DNA from: an uncultured candidatus Brocadiaceae bacterium
GTDB taxonomy: Bacteria > Planctomycetota > UBA1135 > UBA2386
Direction of reading: 5' to 3'
Assembly: GCA_964483245.1 (NCBI GenBank)
Contig: CAZABP010000011.1
Span: 22,126-86,125 of the forward strand
DNA: 64,000 bases
This document shows positions 17,074 through 26,938 of this stretch, piece after piece; position 1 is the first letter of the stretch, and each line of letters opens with the position of its first letter. The translations under genes and the position numbers were made by a program. Under the pieces are notes generated by a model. The model was not told where the DNA came from. It was given only the letters and a program-made list of their open reading frames with translations, and searched no databases.

Positions 17074-17481
17074 ATGGCCGACCAGCAACTGATCCGCGAG
17101 TTCCTCGCCGGTGCTCCGCACGCCGTGGTCGGCGCGTCGACCGATCGCAGCAAGTACGGCAACAAGGTGCTGCGTTGCTATCTGCAGCATGCGCGCCCGG
17201 TCCTGGTCGTGCACCCGCGCGAGCAGCTCATCGAAGGGCAGCCCTGCCACCGCAGCCTCGCGGAGCTGCCGGAGACCCCGCACGGGCTGTCGGTGATCAC
17301 GCCCCCGCCGGTGACCGAGCGGATCGTCGAGCAGGCAGCGGCGGCCGGAATCCGGCGGCTGTGGCTGCAGCCTGGCGCAGAAAGCCCCGCAGCGCTGGCG
17401 CGCGCGGCCGAGCTGGGATTGCAGACCATCGCCGGCGGTCCGTGCCTGCTCGTCGCCCTCGGCTTCCACGAGGATGGCTGA
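17074..17481 (+). CDS. CoA-binding domain protein (YccU-like)
   Basis: AVVGASTDRSKYGNKVLRCYLQHARPVLVVHPRE...IEG..C..SL.ELP.....SVITPP matches the CoA_binding_2 pattern. Confidence 0.8.
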   Translation: MADQQLIREFLAGAPHAVVGASTDRSKYGNKVLRCYLQHARPVLVVHPREQLIEGQPCHRSLAELPETPHGLSVITPPPVTERIVEQAAAAGIRRLWLQPGAESPAALARAAELGLQTIAGGPCLLVALGFHEDG

Positions 17482-19522
17482 GCCGAAACCGGATCCGTCC
17501 CGACCGCAGGGTCGCGCCGGTCCGGCGCTCGGACTGTTCGCCCTCGCGGCGCTGGTCGGCGGGCTCGGTGGCGCACTCGGCGTCGGCTTCCAGAACCTCG
17601 TCACGTGGCTGACGCAGCTCGCCACCGGCAGCGACTCGGCGGCGATGCTCGAAGCGGCGACCAGCCTCTCGCCCGCCTGGCGCCTGATCGTGCCGGCAGC
17701 CGGTGGCCTGGTCGCCGGTCTGCTGCTGCTGCTCGTGCGGCGACCGAGTGCGTTCGGGATCACCGAGATCGTCGAGCTCGTCGCGACGCGGCGTGAGCGG
17801 ATCCGCGGGCGCTCGGCGCTGGTGCAGATCGCTTCGTCGGCGGTCTCGATCGGGACCGGCAGCAGCATCGGCAAGGAAGGTCCGAACTCGCAGATTGCGG
17901 CGACGATCGCGGAATTCCTGGCGCGCGTGACGCGCACGAGTTCGCGCCATCGGGCAGTGCTGCTCGGGTGCGGGGTCGCCGCCGGGATGTCGACGTCGTA
18001 TGGCGCGCCGATCGCAGGCGCGCTGTTCGTCATGGAGGTCGTGCTCGGCAACTTTGCGATGGACGTGTTCGCGCCGGTCGTCGTCGCCGCCGTCGTCGCC
18101 AAGCTCGTCGTGCAGGCGTTCCTCGACGTCCGGCCGATCTACGAGGCCTCGGTATCGCTGTCCGACGATTGGCGGCTCGTGCTGGCCGCGGGGCTGCTCG
18201 GCGTCCTGTGCGCGTTCGGCTCGCTCGGCTTCCGCCGCACGCTCGAAGTCGGCCGTTCGCTGTTCCTGGCGACGCGCCTGCCGCTGCCGCTGCGGCTGGC
18301 GCTCGGTGGTCTGATCGTCGGCGCGATCGGGATCTGGTACCCGGAGGTCTGGGGCAACGGCTACGACGCGCTGAAGGTCATCACGACGCCGCCGGTGCCG
18401 GGGCTCGAGTTCGTGTTGATGCTGGTCGTCTGGAAGACGATCGCGACCGCAGCCAGCACCGGCTCTGGCGCGCTGGGCGGGATCTTCACGCCGAACCTCG
18501 TCGTCGGCGGGGTGTTCGGCTCGCTGTTCGGCAACCTGGTCTTCGGCTTGTGGCCGCAGCTCGGAGATCACCGGATCGCGTTCGCGCTGGTCGGGATGGC
18601 CGGGCTCTGCTCGGCGACGACGCATGCGCCGATCACGGCGATCCTGCTGATCTTCGAGATGACCGACGATTACCAGCTGATCCTGCCGCTGATGCTGTGC
18701 AGCATCGCCGGCAGCGGGATCGCGCGGATCCTGGATAGCGACTCGATCTACACGGCGCGGCTGCGCGCGCGCGGGCACGACCTGGCGAGCGGGATCGAGA
18801 AGTCGGCGATGCAGGTGACGCTGGTGCGCGACCTGCTGCGCCGCGACACGTTCGCGGTGCGGGACACCGCCGGGTTCGACGAGGTCATGGCGCGCTTCCA
18901 CCGCGCGCGCACGAATGCCGTCTACGTCGTCGACGAGCAGCAGCGATTGCTCGGCCACATCCAGCTGCACGACATCAAGTACTACATCAACGACCCGAGC
19001 CTCGGCACGGTCGTGATCGCTGCCGATCTGACGCGGCCGGCGCCGATCGCGCATGCCGACGAGACCATCGCGATGGTGCTGCCGCGGTTCGACGACCCCG
19101 ACCTCGGCGAGCTGGCCGTCGTCGACCGCGGCGCGGACCGCGTGCTGCTCGGGCGGATCACGCGACGCGACATCGTCGCGCTGCTGAGTGACACGGTCGT
19201 CGGGCGCGCGCAGCTGCGCGCGCGGCTCGGCGCCGAAGGGGAGGAGCGGCAGACGCATCTGGAGCTGCCGGCGCGCACGGTCATGAAGCGCATGCCGGTC
19301 CCGGATGCCTACGTCGGCCGCACGCTCGGCTCCCTCGACGAGTTCGAGGACGGCCGGCTGGTCGCGATCCTGGTGATCACGTGGGACGAGCTCGGGCACG
19401 AGGTGCGGCGGCTGGCCGCACCGAACGAGCCGCTGCCGGCGCACGGGCAGTTGTTCCTGGTCGGCGACGTGCAGGCGGTCGAGCAGTTCGGCGCCGGCGG
19501 CGCACCCGCCCCGGACTACTGA
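17474..19522 (+). CDS. ClC-family chloride channel/transporter with C-terminal CBS pair and TrkA-C (RCK-C) domain
   Basis: Selectivity motifs GSSIGKEGP and GALGGIFTP. Multiple TM segments. The CBS-like region and the TrkA-C-like tail (RTLGSLDEFEDGRLVAILVITWDE...LFLVGDVQAVEQF) follow. Confidence 0.88.
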   Translation: MAEPKPDPSRPQGRAGPALGLFALAALVGGLGGALGVGFQNLVTWLTQLATGSDSAAMLEAATSLSPAWRLIVPAAGGLVAGLLLLLVRRPSAFGITEIVELVATRRERIRGRSALVQIASSAVSIGTGSSIGKEGPNSQIAATIAEFLARVTRTSSRHRAVLLGCGVAAGMSTSYGAPIAGALFVMEVVLGNFAMDVFAPVVVAAVVAKLVVQAFLDVRPIYEASVSLSDDWRLVLAAGLLGVLCAFGSLGFRRTLEVGRSLFLATRLPLPLRLALGGLIVGAIGIWYPEVWGNGYDALKVITTPPVPGLEFVLMLVVWKTIATAASTGSGALGGIFTPNLVVGGVFGSLFGNLVFGLWPQLGDHRIAFALVGMAGLCSATTHAPITAILLIFEMTDDYQLILPLMLCSIAGSGIARILDSDSIYTARLRARGHDLASGIEKSAMQVTLVRDLLRRDTFAVRDTAGFDEVMARFHRARTNAVYVVDEQQRLLGHIQLHDIKYYINDPSLGTVVIAADLTRPAPIAHADETIAMVLPRFDDPDLGELAVVDRGADRVLLGRITRRDIVALLSDTVVGRAQLRARLGAEGEERQTHLELPARTVMKRMPVPDAYVGRTLGSLDEFEDGRLVAILVITWDELGHEVRRLAAPNEPLPAHGQLFLVGDVQAVEQFGAGGAPAPDY

Positions 19523-20478
19523 TTGACCAGCCGCGCGACTTCGACGTGGTTCGGACGGCCGTCCCCGTCGTCGAACACCAGCGCGAGCCGCAACAGGATC
19601 AGCCGGCCGGTCGCCGGACCGTCCCACTTGACCTCGAAGCCGCCCGGAAACTGACGGTCCGCCTTGGCATAGCGTGGCACCGCGAGACCCGGCAGCGCCG
19701 CGCCGTTGCGCGCCAGCGCGACGCGGCGCAGCCCGAGCAGCGAGTCGCGGCATTCCTCCGGTTGGGCCGGGATCTTCTCCGTGCTCTCCATCCGGATCAG
19801 CTCGCCGGAGCTCTCGAACCGCCACAGCGCCTGCGCGACCGGCTGGTCGACTTCGAGCGCGTGTTGCACGCCCTGCTGCAGCAGGCGCAGGCCGACCGCG
19901 GCACGTCGGTTCGGATCGACGACGTTGGCGAGGTCGCTGTGGTTGGCGAACGGCACGCTGCACCAGCGCCGCAGATCGAGGCCGCGACTGGTGTCGGCGG
20001 CGTGGTACAGCACGAACCGGAACAGGTCGACGCGCACGACGTCCGGCGTGAGTCCGGGCGGATTCAGCTCGGCGAGGCAGACGCCGGCACTGCGCACGAC
20101 GAACAGCATGTTGCCGGTCTCGACGACGGTCGGCGGATCCTGGTCGAAGTAGCCGCGGTCGCACAGCAACGGCAGCCGGCTCCCGGTCAGCAGCTCGCTC
20201 TGGTTCCAGTCGAGCCGTGCGAGGTATGCCTGCGACGTGGTGCCGTAGCCGAACACCCGATCAGCCAGTGCGGCGTCCGCTTCGAGCGCACGGGCGACTC
20301 CGTCGGCGACGGCTGCCACGTGCGCCTGCCCGCGCGTGTGGGCCTGCGTGCGCGACAGCTGCGCCAGCGAGCTGACGATCAACACCGACAGCACGAAGAT
20401 CAGACAGACCGCGAACCCGATCTCGGTCAGCGAGATCCCGCACTCGGGATCCAGTCGGCCTTCCGCGCGGGGCTTCAT
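19516..20478 (-). CDS. Pseudopilin-like protein (prepilin-type N-terminus, GspJ/PilW-like size)
   Basis: N-terminus ...ECG/ISLTEIGFAVCLIFVLSVLIV has the class III signal pattern (G, then E at +5, then a hydrophobic helix). ATGA overlap with the upstream giant gene. Confidence 0.7.
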   Translation of the reverse strand: MKPRAEGRLDPECGISLTEIGFAVCLIFVLSVLIVSSLAQLSRTQAHTRGQAHVAAVADGVARALEADAALADRVFGYGTTSQAYLARLDWNQSELLTGSRLPLLCDRGYFDQDPPTVVETGNMLFVVRSAGVCLAELNPPGLTPDVVRVDLFRFVLYHAADTSRGLDLRRWCSVPFANHSDLANVVDPNRRAAVGLRLLQQGVQHALEVDQPVAQALWRFESSGELIRMESTEKIPAQPEECRDSLLGLRRVALARNGAALPGLAVPRYAKADRQFPGGFEVKWDGPATGRLILLRLALVFDDGDGRPNHVEVARLVNQ

Positions 20479-23400
20479 CGCGTGATCAGGAACCGGGTCT
20501 GGTGGAAGCCGACGTGCAGGCGGCGCGTCACGTCGTGGCAGTCGATGCGCAGCAGGTAGTCGCCGGCCGGCGTCTGCTCGACCGGGGGCGACCAGACATA
20601 GGTCTCGGTCCCGGTCGCCGCATCCGGCAAGACCAGCGACGGCTCGCTCGGACGCACCCCCGGAGTGGCGTCGCTGCCACCCAGGACGTGACGCCAGGTC
20701 GCACCTTCGTCGTTCGAATACATCGGGACGTAGACGAGATCCGCTTCCGGCTCACTGAAACCGCCGGGATATGCGCTCGTGTACGGCTGCCCGTCGAACC
20801 GCACGGAGCGCACGTTCCAGCGCAGTGCGATCGACGTCGGTCGTGCCAGCACGGCGCCGAGCACCGGCTGATCGACGCTGACGAGCGGCAACTGCGAGAC
20901 CCGGTGCTCCGGTTCGATCCCCGGCGCGCCGGCGCGATGCTGCGCGCGCACGGCGCCGAGCAACGCGCTCCGCAGCACTGCCGTGTCCTCTTCGCCGCTG
21001 CGCGGCGTGCAGCCCTGCAGCACGTAGTAACCACTGCTCAGCTCGTCCGGGTCGGCGACGCGCACGATCGCAGCGCCGGCCAGCGGCGACGAGTAGTCGT
21101 ACAGCGTCTCGAGCAGCGTCAGCTCGGCGCGCGGATAGCTGTCGGTGAAACCGAAGTGCGGCAGCGCACCCGGGTACGGCAGCTCGATGCCGAACGGCAG
21201 TCCCGTGCGCAACGACGGCGCCGCGACCGTGCGCGCCGCAGTGGCGATCTCCTGCATCGCCAGCGCCGGCGCCGACGTCACTTCGTCCCCGACGCTGTAC
21301 TGCACCAACGTCGCCGCGAGGGTTCCGCCGCCGAGCAGCGAGACCGCGCCAGCCTGACCGGCGGTCGCGCCGCCCGGCGTCGCATCGAAGCTGGTGCCAC
21401 GCGCGAGCGCATACGACGGCAGCTCGGCGCGCAGCATCCTCCGGTAGTCCGGCACTGGCAGCGTGCCGGTCTCGATCCACGTCGCCGACTGTGAGTCCGG
21501 CCAGAGCTCACCGAGCCAGGGCTTCGCCCAGAACTCCTGCCAGCCATCGCGGTCGGCAACCAGCTGGTCGCCGTACAGGACCCCCGCGCCGTACCCGACC
21601 AGCGTTTCGGCCGGCGTCACACTGTCGACGAGCACCGGATCCTCCTGGCCGAACAGCGGACCGGCGAGCGCCAGCGGGCGTACGGCGAGTCCAGGACCGT
21701 CACCCGGGAGGCAGAGTTCGCCGCCGAGCAGCAACGCACTGCCGGCTGCCCCGGCCGGCTGCACGAACACCGATTGCGATCTCGCCAACAGCCGTCGCAG
21801 CAGCAGGTGGTAGCGCGGCTGGTCGGCGCGGTTGCCGGCACCGAACCCATCCGCGAGCCGGGCCGCATCGAACGCGGGCCAATCGATGGTCGCGTTCGTC
21901 GCACCATCCCGCAGGTCGTCGAAGTGCCAGTTGTAGCCGTGCGGGAACGTCCCTCCGCCAGACACGAGATCGGCGTACGGGTTGTGCCGTGGATCGCCGA
22001 GCCACTGGTACTGCTCCGTCACCGGCACGACGGCCGGCGAGCCGGCCCACCAGGCATAGGTCGTCGACAGGTTCGCCGGCGCATACGGCGTCGGCCAGAC
22101 CCGGCCAGTCGTGACGTCGCTGCCGATCCGCGTCGTGACCGTCACCATCGTGTCGACGTCGTTCCATTGGCCCCCAGGGAAGCCGCTCTGGAACACGCCG
22201 CGCGGGATCCGGATCCGCCAGCGCGCGGTGTTCTTCGGCTGCGTCCCGGCCGTGGCCAGATCACGCGTGAACGCGCCGCCGGCGACGACCGGGGAGGGGA
22301 TGTACTCGAGCAGGTACGGACGCTCTTGGGCCGTGAGCCCACCGACACCGACCGGCGGCGCCGTCAGTGGCGTGTTGTGCAGCCGGATCCACGTGTGAGG
22401 AACGGCACCGGTGTCGTCGTAGCCGACCTCGTAGTACATCCCGTATGGCTGCACCGGTGCCTTCGGCGGCAAGCCGCTGCTGCTGTCGAACCCGGCATAG
22501 TCGCGGTCCCCGCCGGACGCGAGGCCGGTCAACGGCGACACCCCGCCGACGAGACGGCGGATCTCGAGTGTTGCCGGCAGCAGCGGCTCATCGACGCCGT
22601 TGACGTTGCGCGACAGGTCGAAGCCGGGGATGCACAGCGTGATCGGTGACGACATCACCGCCGGACCGGTCGCCGCATCGCTCTTGTAGGCGTAGACGCG
22701 CAGCTCGAGCGGCTCGGTGTCGGCGTGGTCGTCGTTGCCGTCCGGATCGCGCGGTGTGCACAGCCGGGCCGGATGCGTGACGACGCGCACGCCGGGGTGC
22801 AGCGTCGGATCCCGCGCGGCGTCGGAGTAGTTGCGCAGTGGTGGCATCGCGAGTGCGTCGCCGTGCAGGTTGACGAAGATTGCGTTGCGGAACCGCTCCG
22901 GCTGCGCGCCGAGCTGGTCGAGCAGGATCTGCAACGGCGGCTGCTCCGGATCCTCCAGGCCGGCTTCGACGCGGCGGCCGAACAGCTCGTGCGCCGCCGG
23001 CGAGCGCAGGCAGTGGTTCCACCGGTCGGCGATCGCGTGCGGCCACGGCCGCGCCGAGGCGTCGTAGTCGTTGCGCAACTCACCGTCGACGCGCAGGCGG
23101 CCGGTGAACAGGTCCGGATCGAACAGCCTGCTCCCACCCGGCTCGAGCGTGCCGGGATACCAGTAGGCCGACGGCGCCGATTCCGACGCCGCGGCGGCGA
23201 GGTTCAGGTCCGGGACGTACAGCGGATCGCGCCCATAGCCGAGCCGCGTGATCCAGTGCAGCCGCAGCCGCAACGATGGCGACGTGCTGGTCAGCTCGTT
23301 CGCCGCCGCCTCGAGGGTGGTGCGCAGCGTGGCGATGTCGCGCCAGGCCGACGGCACTTCGCCGCAGGCAAGCACGTAGACGTCGAACTCGTGCACGGCC

Positions 23401-23888
23401 GGCGACGCCGGCGGCACGACGTTCAGGATCCCGCTGACGCTGGCCATCAGCTCGACCGTGCCGGCCGGCTGACTGTGCCAGACGCGCACATGGCCGACGC
23501 GCATCCGGGGCTGCATCGGCACCTCCTCGATGCCGATTGCGCGCCGCCACAGCCAGTCGCCACCGCGCAGCAGGTTGCCGGACATCGGGTGGTCCGGCGG
23601 GAGCACCAGGCCTGCTTCGTCGCGCAGCGTCGTCAGGACCGGATTGCGCGCAGCACCGTCGTCGAGGTCGTGCAGATCCTGGGCGTCGCGGATCGAACCG
23701 CGCTCGATCCCGGCCTGCAGCTCGGCGAGGATCCCCATCGCCTTCTGCCAGGCGAACATCCGGTTCTCGTTGATCTCGGTGTCGCGGTAGCTGAGCGACA
23801 GCTGCTGCAGCAGCACGAGCAGCGCGATGCCGACGATCGACACCGCGATCACGAGCTCGACGATCGTCGTTCCGTGCGCGCGCTTCAT
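20475..23888 (-). CDS. Giant (1137 aa) protein with prepilin-type N-terminal methylation/cleavage motif; remainder has no recognised domain
   Basis: Start at MKRAHG/TTIVELVIAVSIVGIALLVLL (ATG 23888, 4 nt after the upstream stop). The ORF-track extension to 24005 is rejected. Protein-like composition rich in W/Y/P/G throughout. Confidence 0.75.
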   Translation of the reverse strand: MKRAHGTTIVELVIAVSIVGIALLVLLQQLSLSYRDTEINENRMFAWQKAMGILAELQAGIERGSIRDAQDLHDLDDGAARNPVLTTLRDEAGLVLPPDHPMSGNLLRGGDWLWRRAIGIEEVPMQPRMRVGHVRVWHSQPAGTVELMASVSGILNVVPPASPAVHEFDVYVLACGEVPSAWRDIATLRTTLEAAANELTSTSPSLRLRLHWITRLGYGRDPLYVPDLNLAAAASESAPSAYWYPGTLEPGGSRLFDPDLFTGRLRVDGELRNDYDASARPWPHAIADRWNHCLRSPAAHELFGRRVEAGLEDPEQPPLQILLDQLGAQPERFRNAIFVNLHGDALAMPPLRNYSDAARDPTLHPGVRVVTHPARLCTPRDPDGNDDHADTEPLELRVYAYKSDAATGPAVMSSPITLCIPGFDLSRNVNGVDEPLLPATLEIRRLVGGVSPLTGLASGGDRDYAGFDSSSGLPPKAPVQPYGMYYEVGYDDTGAVPHTWIRLHNTPLTAPPVGVGGLTAQERPYLLEYIPSPVVAGGAFTRDLATAGTQPKNTARWRIRIPRGVFQSGFPGGQWNDVDTMVTVTTRIGSDVTTGRVWPTPYAPANLSTTYAWWAGSPAVVPVTEQYQWLGDPRHNPYADLVSGGGTFPHGYNWHFDDLRDGATNATIDWPAFDAARLADGFGAGNRADQPRYHLLLRRLLARSQSVFVQPAGAAGSALLLGGELCLPGDGPGLAVRPLALAGPLFGQEDPVLVDSVTPAETLVGYGAGVLYGDQLVADRDGWQEFWAKPWLGELWPDSQSATWIETGTLPVPDYRRMLRAELPSYALARGTSFDATPGGATAGQAGAVSLLGGGTLAATLVQYSVGDEVTSAPALAMQEIATAARTVAAPSLRTGLPFGIELPYPGALPHFGFTDSYPRAELTLLETLYDYSSPLAGAAIVRVADPDELSSGYYVLQGCTPRSGEEDTAVLRSALLGAVRAQHRAGAPGIEPEHRVSQLPLVSVDQPVLGAVLARPTSIALRWNVRSVRFDGQPYTSAYPGGFSEPEADLVYVPMYSNDEGATWRHVLGGSDATPGVRPSEPSLVLPDAATGTETYVWSPPVEQTPAGDYLLRIDCHDVTRRLHVGFHQTRFLITR

Positions 23889-23892
23889 CGGC

Positions 23893-25113
23893 TCACCGCA
23901 TCGGACTCGTGGCGCGCCGGGACAGCCGATAGCGCCCGGCAGCGGCACGCACGTGGTCGACGGCGCTGCGCGCGTACTCGAGCACGACGTCCCCGGTGCT
24001 GCCAAAGCCGGCGAACTGCGCGGCGCCGGCGACGATCATCGACCCCTTCAGGGAGAACGGTCCGCGCACATCGGCGTTGCCACCGACGTAGACGATCCCC
24101 TGCAGGTGCACGTCGCTGCCGGCCGGCACGCTCAGGTTGCCGCCGACGATCAGCAGGATCGGGCCGTCGGTCTGCAGCGGGCGGTCGAGCGTCAGGTCTC
24201 CCTGGACGTAGACGACCTGGCCGGAGCGGTAGTCCGAACGGAAACGCTGACCCGGCAGATACGTGTAGTCGCTGAAGTTGCGCAGCCGGTCGAGACGCAT
24301 GCCGAACACCTGATCCGGCGCGAGCTTGATCGTGTTGTTGATCACCTTGGACGGCGTGCCGGAGACGAGTCCGACCAGCACGTCGAGCAGGCCGAGCGTG
24401 TTGCGGATCGCGACGTAGCCGGGCTTGTCGCCGCCGCGGATATCGCCCCGCAGCCCGACCGACAGGTTGGCGACGTCGTCGATGATCAGCGGAGCCTCGG
24501 CCGGCATCGTGATCGGGATCCCGCGCATCTCGGATTGCAGCGCCGACGCCGCTATCAGGCGGTTCGGGGCCTGGTCGAACGAACGGTTCGGATCCTCGCG
24601 CTGGTAGACGTAGCCGCGCGCGCGCAGCTGCCAGGCCGATCCGGCCGTCGTGGCGCCGCGCTCGGCGGAGATGTCGAGCACCTCTTCGAGCCGCACCTCG
24701 TAGCGCCCCCACAGGCCGCTGTGCACTTCGAACTCGCGCACGAGCCCGAGCGTCGGATCCAACGTGTCCAGCAGGGGCGGGTCTGCCTCCGGCTCGAGTT
24801 GCGGGCGGAACTCGACGACCGGCTGCGTGGGTTGCCGCGCGAACCAGCCGAGCGCATCCGTCAGGCCGGAGCGCGCAAACGTCGCTGACAGCGTCTGCTG
24901 CCGGTAGCGCGCATCGATGTCCTTGCGGTTCGCGGCCAGGAATGCCGTGTGCGAGATGATCATCCCGCACGTGATGATCACGAACAGCATCGCCCAGACC
25001 AGCGCGCTGCCGCGCTGCGCCCGGGGGCGTGGCACGCGGACCTCGGGCCTCGAGTCGGTTGACGCCGGCTGCGATCGGCCGCGGCCGGATCGGTACGGAG
25101 AGGGCGCGTGCAT
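23893..25113 (-). CDS. GspK/PilX-type minor pseudopilin-like protein (about 406 aa)
   Basis: QRGSALVWAMLFVIITCGMII matches the GspK / PilX_N N-terminal pattern (qRG.AL...L, no Glu5). Start at ATG 25113 or GTG 25035. The C-terminus is beta-helix-like (GQVVYVQGDLTLD...ILLIVGGNLSV...QGIVYVGGNADV). Confidence 0.65.
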   Translation of the reverse strand: MHAPSPYRSGRGRSQPASTDSRPEVRVPRPRAQRGSALVWAMLFVIITCGMIISHTAFLAANRKDIDARYRQQTLSATFARSGLTDALGWFARQPTQPVVEFRPQLEPEADPPLLDTLDPTLGLVREFEVHSGLWGRYEVRLEEVLDISAERGATTAGSAWQLRARGYVYQREDPNRSFDQAPNRLIAASALQSEMRGIPITMPAEAPLIIDDVANLSVGLRGDIRGGDKPGYVAIRNTLGLLDVLVGLVSGTPSKVINNTIKLAPDQVFGMRLDRLRNFSDYTYLPGQRFRSDYRSGQVVYVQGDLTLDRPLQTDGPILLIVGGNLSVPAGSDVHLQGIVYVGGNADVRGPFSLKGSMIVAGAAQFAGFGSTGDVVLEYARSAVDHVRAAAGRYRLSRRATSPMR

Positions 25114-25199
25114 GCGGATCCGAACGCGGCTATCGAATGCGGCGGCCGATGACTTGAGGGATTCCGCGACAGGAAGTCCGGATCGGTAGAGAAACGCCG

Positions 25200-25230
25200 C
25201 AGCCGCTGTCTCAGAACGGAACAGCGGCTG
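25200..25230. promoter_or_regulatory. Perfect 10-bp inverted repeat (cagccgctgt-N11-acagcggctg) in a divergent promoter region
   Basis: Read directly. Lies between the pseudopilin operon start (25113, minus) and the NUDIX-MBL gene start (25268, plus). Confidence 0.35.
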
Positions 25231-25267
25231 GCAATCGGTCCGCGGCCGTCCCAAGATCCCGCGCCCG

Positions 25268-26773
25268 ATGAACCGCGACGCAGCCGCTGTGATGGTCGTC
25301 CGCGGGCATGGTGCCGCGCGCGAGGTCCTGCTGGTCGAGCGCAGCCCGGAGCTGCGGTTCTTCGGCGGGTATCTCGCGTTCCCCGGCGGGGTCTGCGGGC
25401 CGGACGACCGGGAGCATGCCGGGGTCCACGACGCCCTCCGCCTGTGCGCGGTGCGCGAGCTGTTCGAAGAGACCGGCATCCTGCTGCCCGGCAGCCGCGT
25501 TCCGGCCGCCGAACGCGACCGGCTGCGGCGGGCGCTGGTCGGCGCGCGGGAGACGCCAGCTCCCGCCGCGGTGACCGAGTTCGCCAACGCGGCGCAGCAC
25601 GCCGCCGCGGCACCCGCCCTGCGCGAGATCTGCCGCATCCGCACGCCGCCGTTCGCGCCGGTCCGCTACGACACGCTGTTCCTGTTGCACGAGCTGCCCG
25701 AAGGGGAGACGCCGGAGATCTGGCCCGGCGAGCTCGTCGGCGGCCGGTTCTGGACCCCGGCTGCGGCGCTCGCTGCGTGGCGCCGCGGCGAGCTGCTGAT
25801 CGTGCCGCCGGTATTGATCCTGCTCGAGCTGCTCGGCGAGCGGGGCCTGGACGAGTTCGTCGCGGCGGCGCAGGCGACCGCTGCGCGCTACGACGCCGGT
25901 GACCTGCACCGCGTGCAGTTCACACCCGGCGTCGTGCTGGCCAGCATCCGCACGCCGACGTTGCCCCCCGCGACGACGACGAACTGCCTGATCGTCGGCA
26001 CCGGGCAACTCGTCATCGTCGATCCCGGTGCGCCGGATCCGGACGAGCAGGCACGGCTGTACCGGCTGCTCGACGAGCTGCAGTCCGCAGGTGCGCGCCT
26101 CGAGGCGATCCTGCTGACGCACCACCACCGCGACCACGTCGGCGCCGTGCACGCGTTGAGCCAGCGGTACGAGCTGCCGGTGCACGCGCATGCGCTGACG
26201 CTCGGCCGCCTCGCCCCCGGATTCCGCCGCGGGCGCGCGCTCGAGGACGGGGCGCGGATCCCGCTCGGGTGCGCGCCGGACGGCAGCGACGGTTGGCACC
26301 TGCAGGCGATCTTCACGCCGGGGCACGACCGCGGCCATCTGTGCTACCGCGAGAGCCGGTACGACGCCGTGCTGGTCGGCGACATGCTCTCGACGATCTC
26401 GACGATCGTCATCGATCCGCCGGAGGGGCACATGGCGACGTACCTGCAGAGCCTGGACCGTCTGCTGCAGGAGCCGATGGGCACGCTGTATCCGGCACAT
26501 GGTCCGGCGATGCGCGACGGGCACCGGCTGGTCGATCAGTACCTGCGCCACCGCCGCCAGCGGGAAGCGCATCTGGTGCGCGCACTCGCGGGCGGACCGC
26601 GGTCGCTCGAAGCGCTGCTGCCGGAGGTCTACTGGGACGTGGACGCAAAGATGCACGGCATCGCCGCGCGCTCGCTGCGCGCCGGGCTCGAGAAGCTGGT
26701 CGAGGAAGGGATCGCCGAGCACGCGGAGGGGTTCTGGCAGCTCGGACCGCGCGCGCCGGCGGAGGGGGCGTGA
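25268..26773 (+). CDS. NUDIX hydrolase - metallo-beta-lactamase-fold hydrolase fusion protein
   Basis: N-terminal Nudix box (...FPGGVCGPDD...AVRELFEETGI). C-terminal MBL motif LLTHHHRDHVGAV plus a downstream His/Asp ligand (FTPGHDRGH). Confidence 0.85.
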   Translation: MNRDAAAVMVVRGHGAAREVLLVERSPELRFFGGYLAFPGGVCGPDDREHAGVHDALRLCAVRELFEETGILLPGSRVPAAERDRLRRALVGARETPAPAAVTEFANAAQHAAAAPALREICRIRTPPFAPVRYDTLFLLHELPEGETPEIWPGELVGGRFWTPAAALAAWRRGELLIVPPVLILLELLGERGLDEFVAAAQATAARYDAGDLHRVQFTPGVVLASIRTPTLPPATTTNCLIVGTGQLVIVDPGAPDPDEQARLYRLLDELQSAGARLEAILLTHHHRDHVGAVHALSQRYELPVHAHALTLGRLAPGFRRGRALEDGARIPLGCAPDGSDGWHLQAIFTPGHDRGHLCYRESRYDAVLVGDMLSTISTIVIDPPEGHMATYLQSLDRLLQEPMGTLYPAHGPAMRDGHRLVDQYLRHRRQREAHLVRALAGGPRSLEALLPEVYWDVDAKMHGIAARSLRAGLEKLVEEGIAEHAEGFWQLGPRAPAEGA

Positions 26774-26938
26774 GCTGAGTTGCAACGGCGCAGGATCGTC
26801 GCGGAGGATCCGCAGGCGGAGCAGCGCCAAGGACGCAGGCAGCGTGGCGAGCGTCGCGACGTCGACCGGAAAGCCCGCGTACGGCTCATTCGTTGCAGCC
26901 CTCGGGTCGCGCTGCCATCACCCGCAGTGCAAGCGGCG

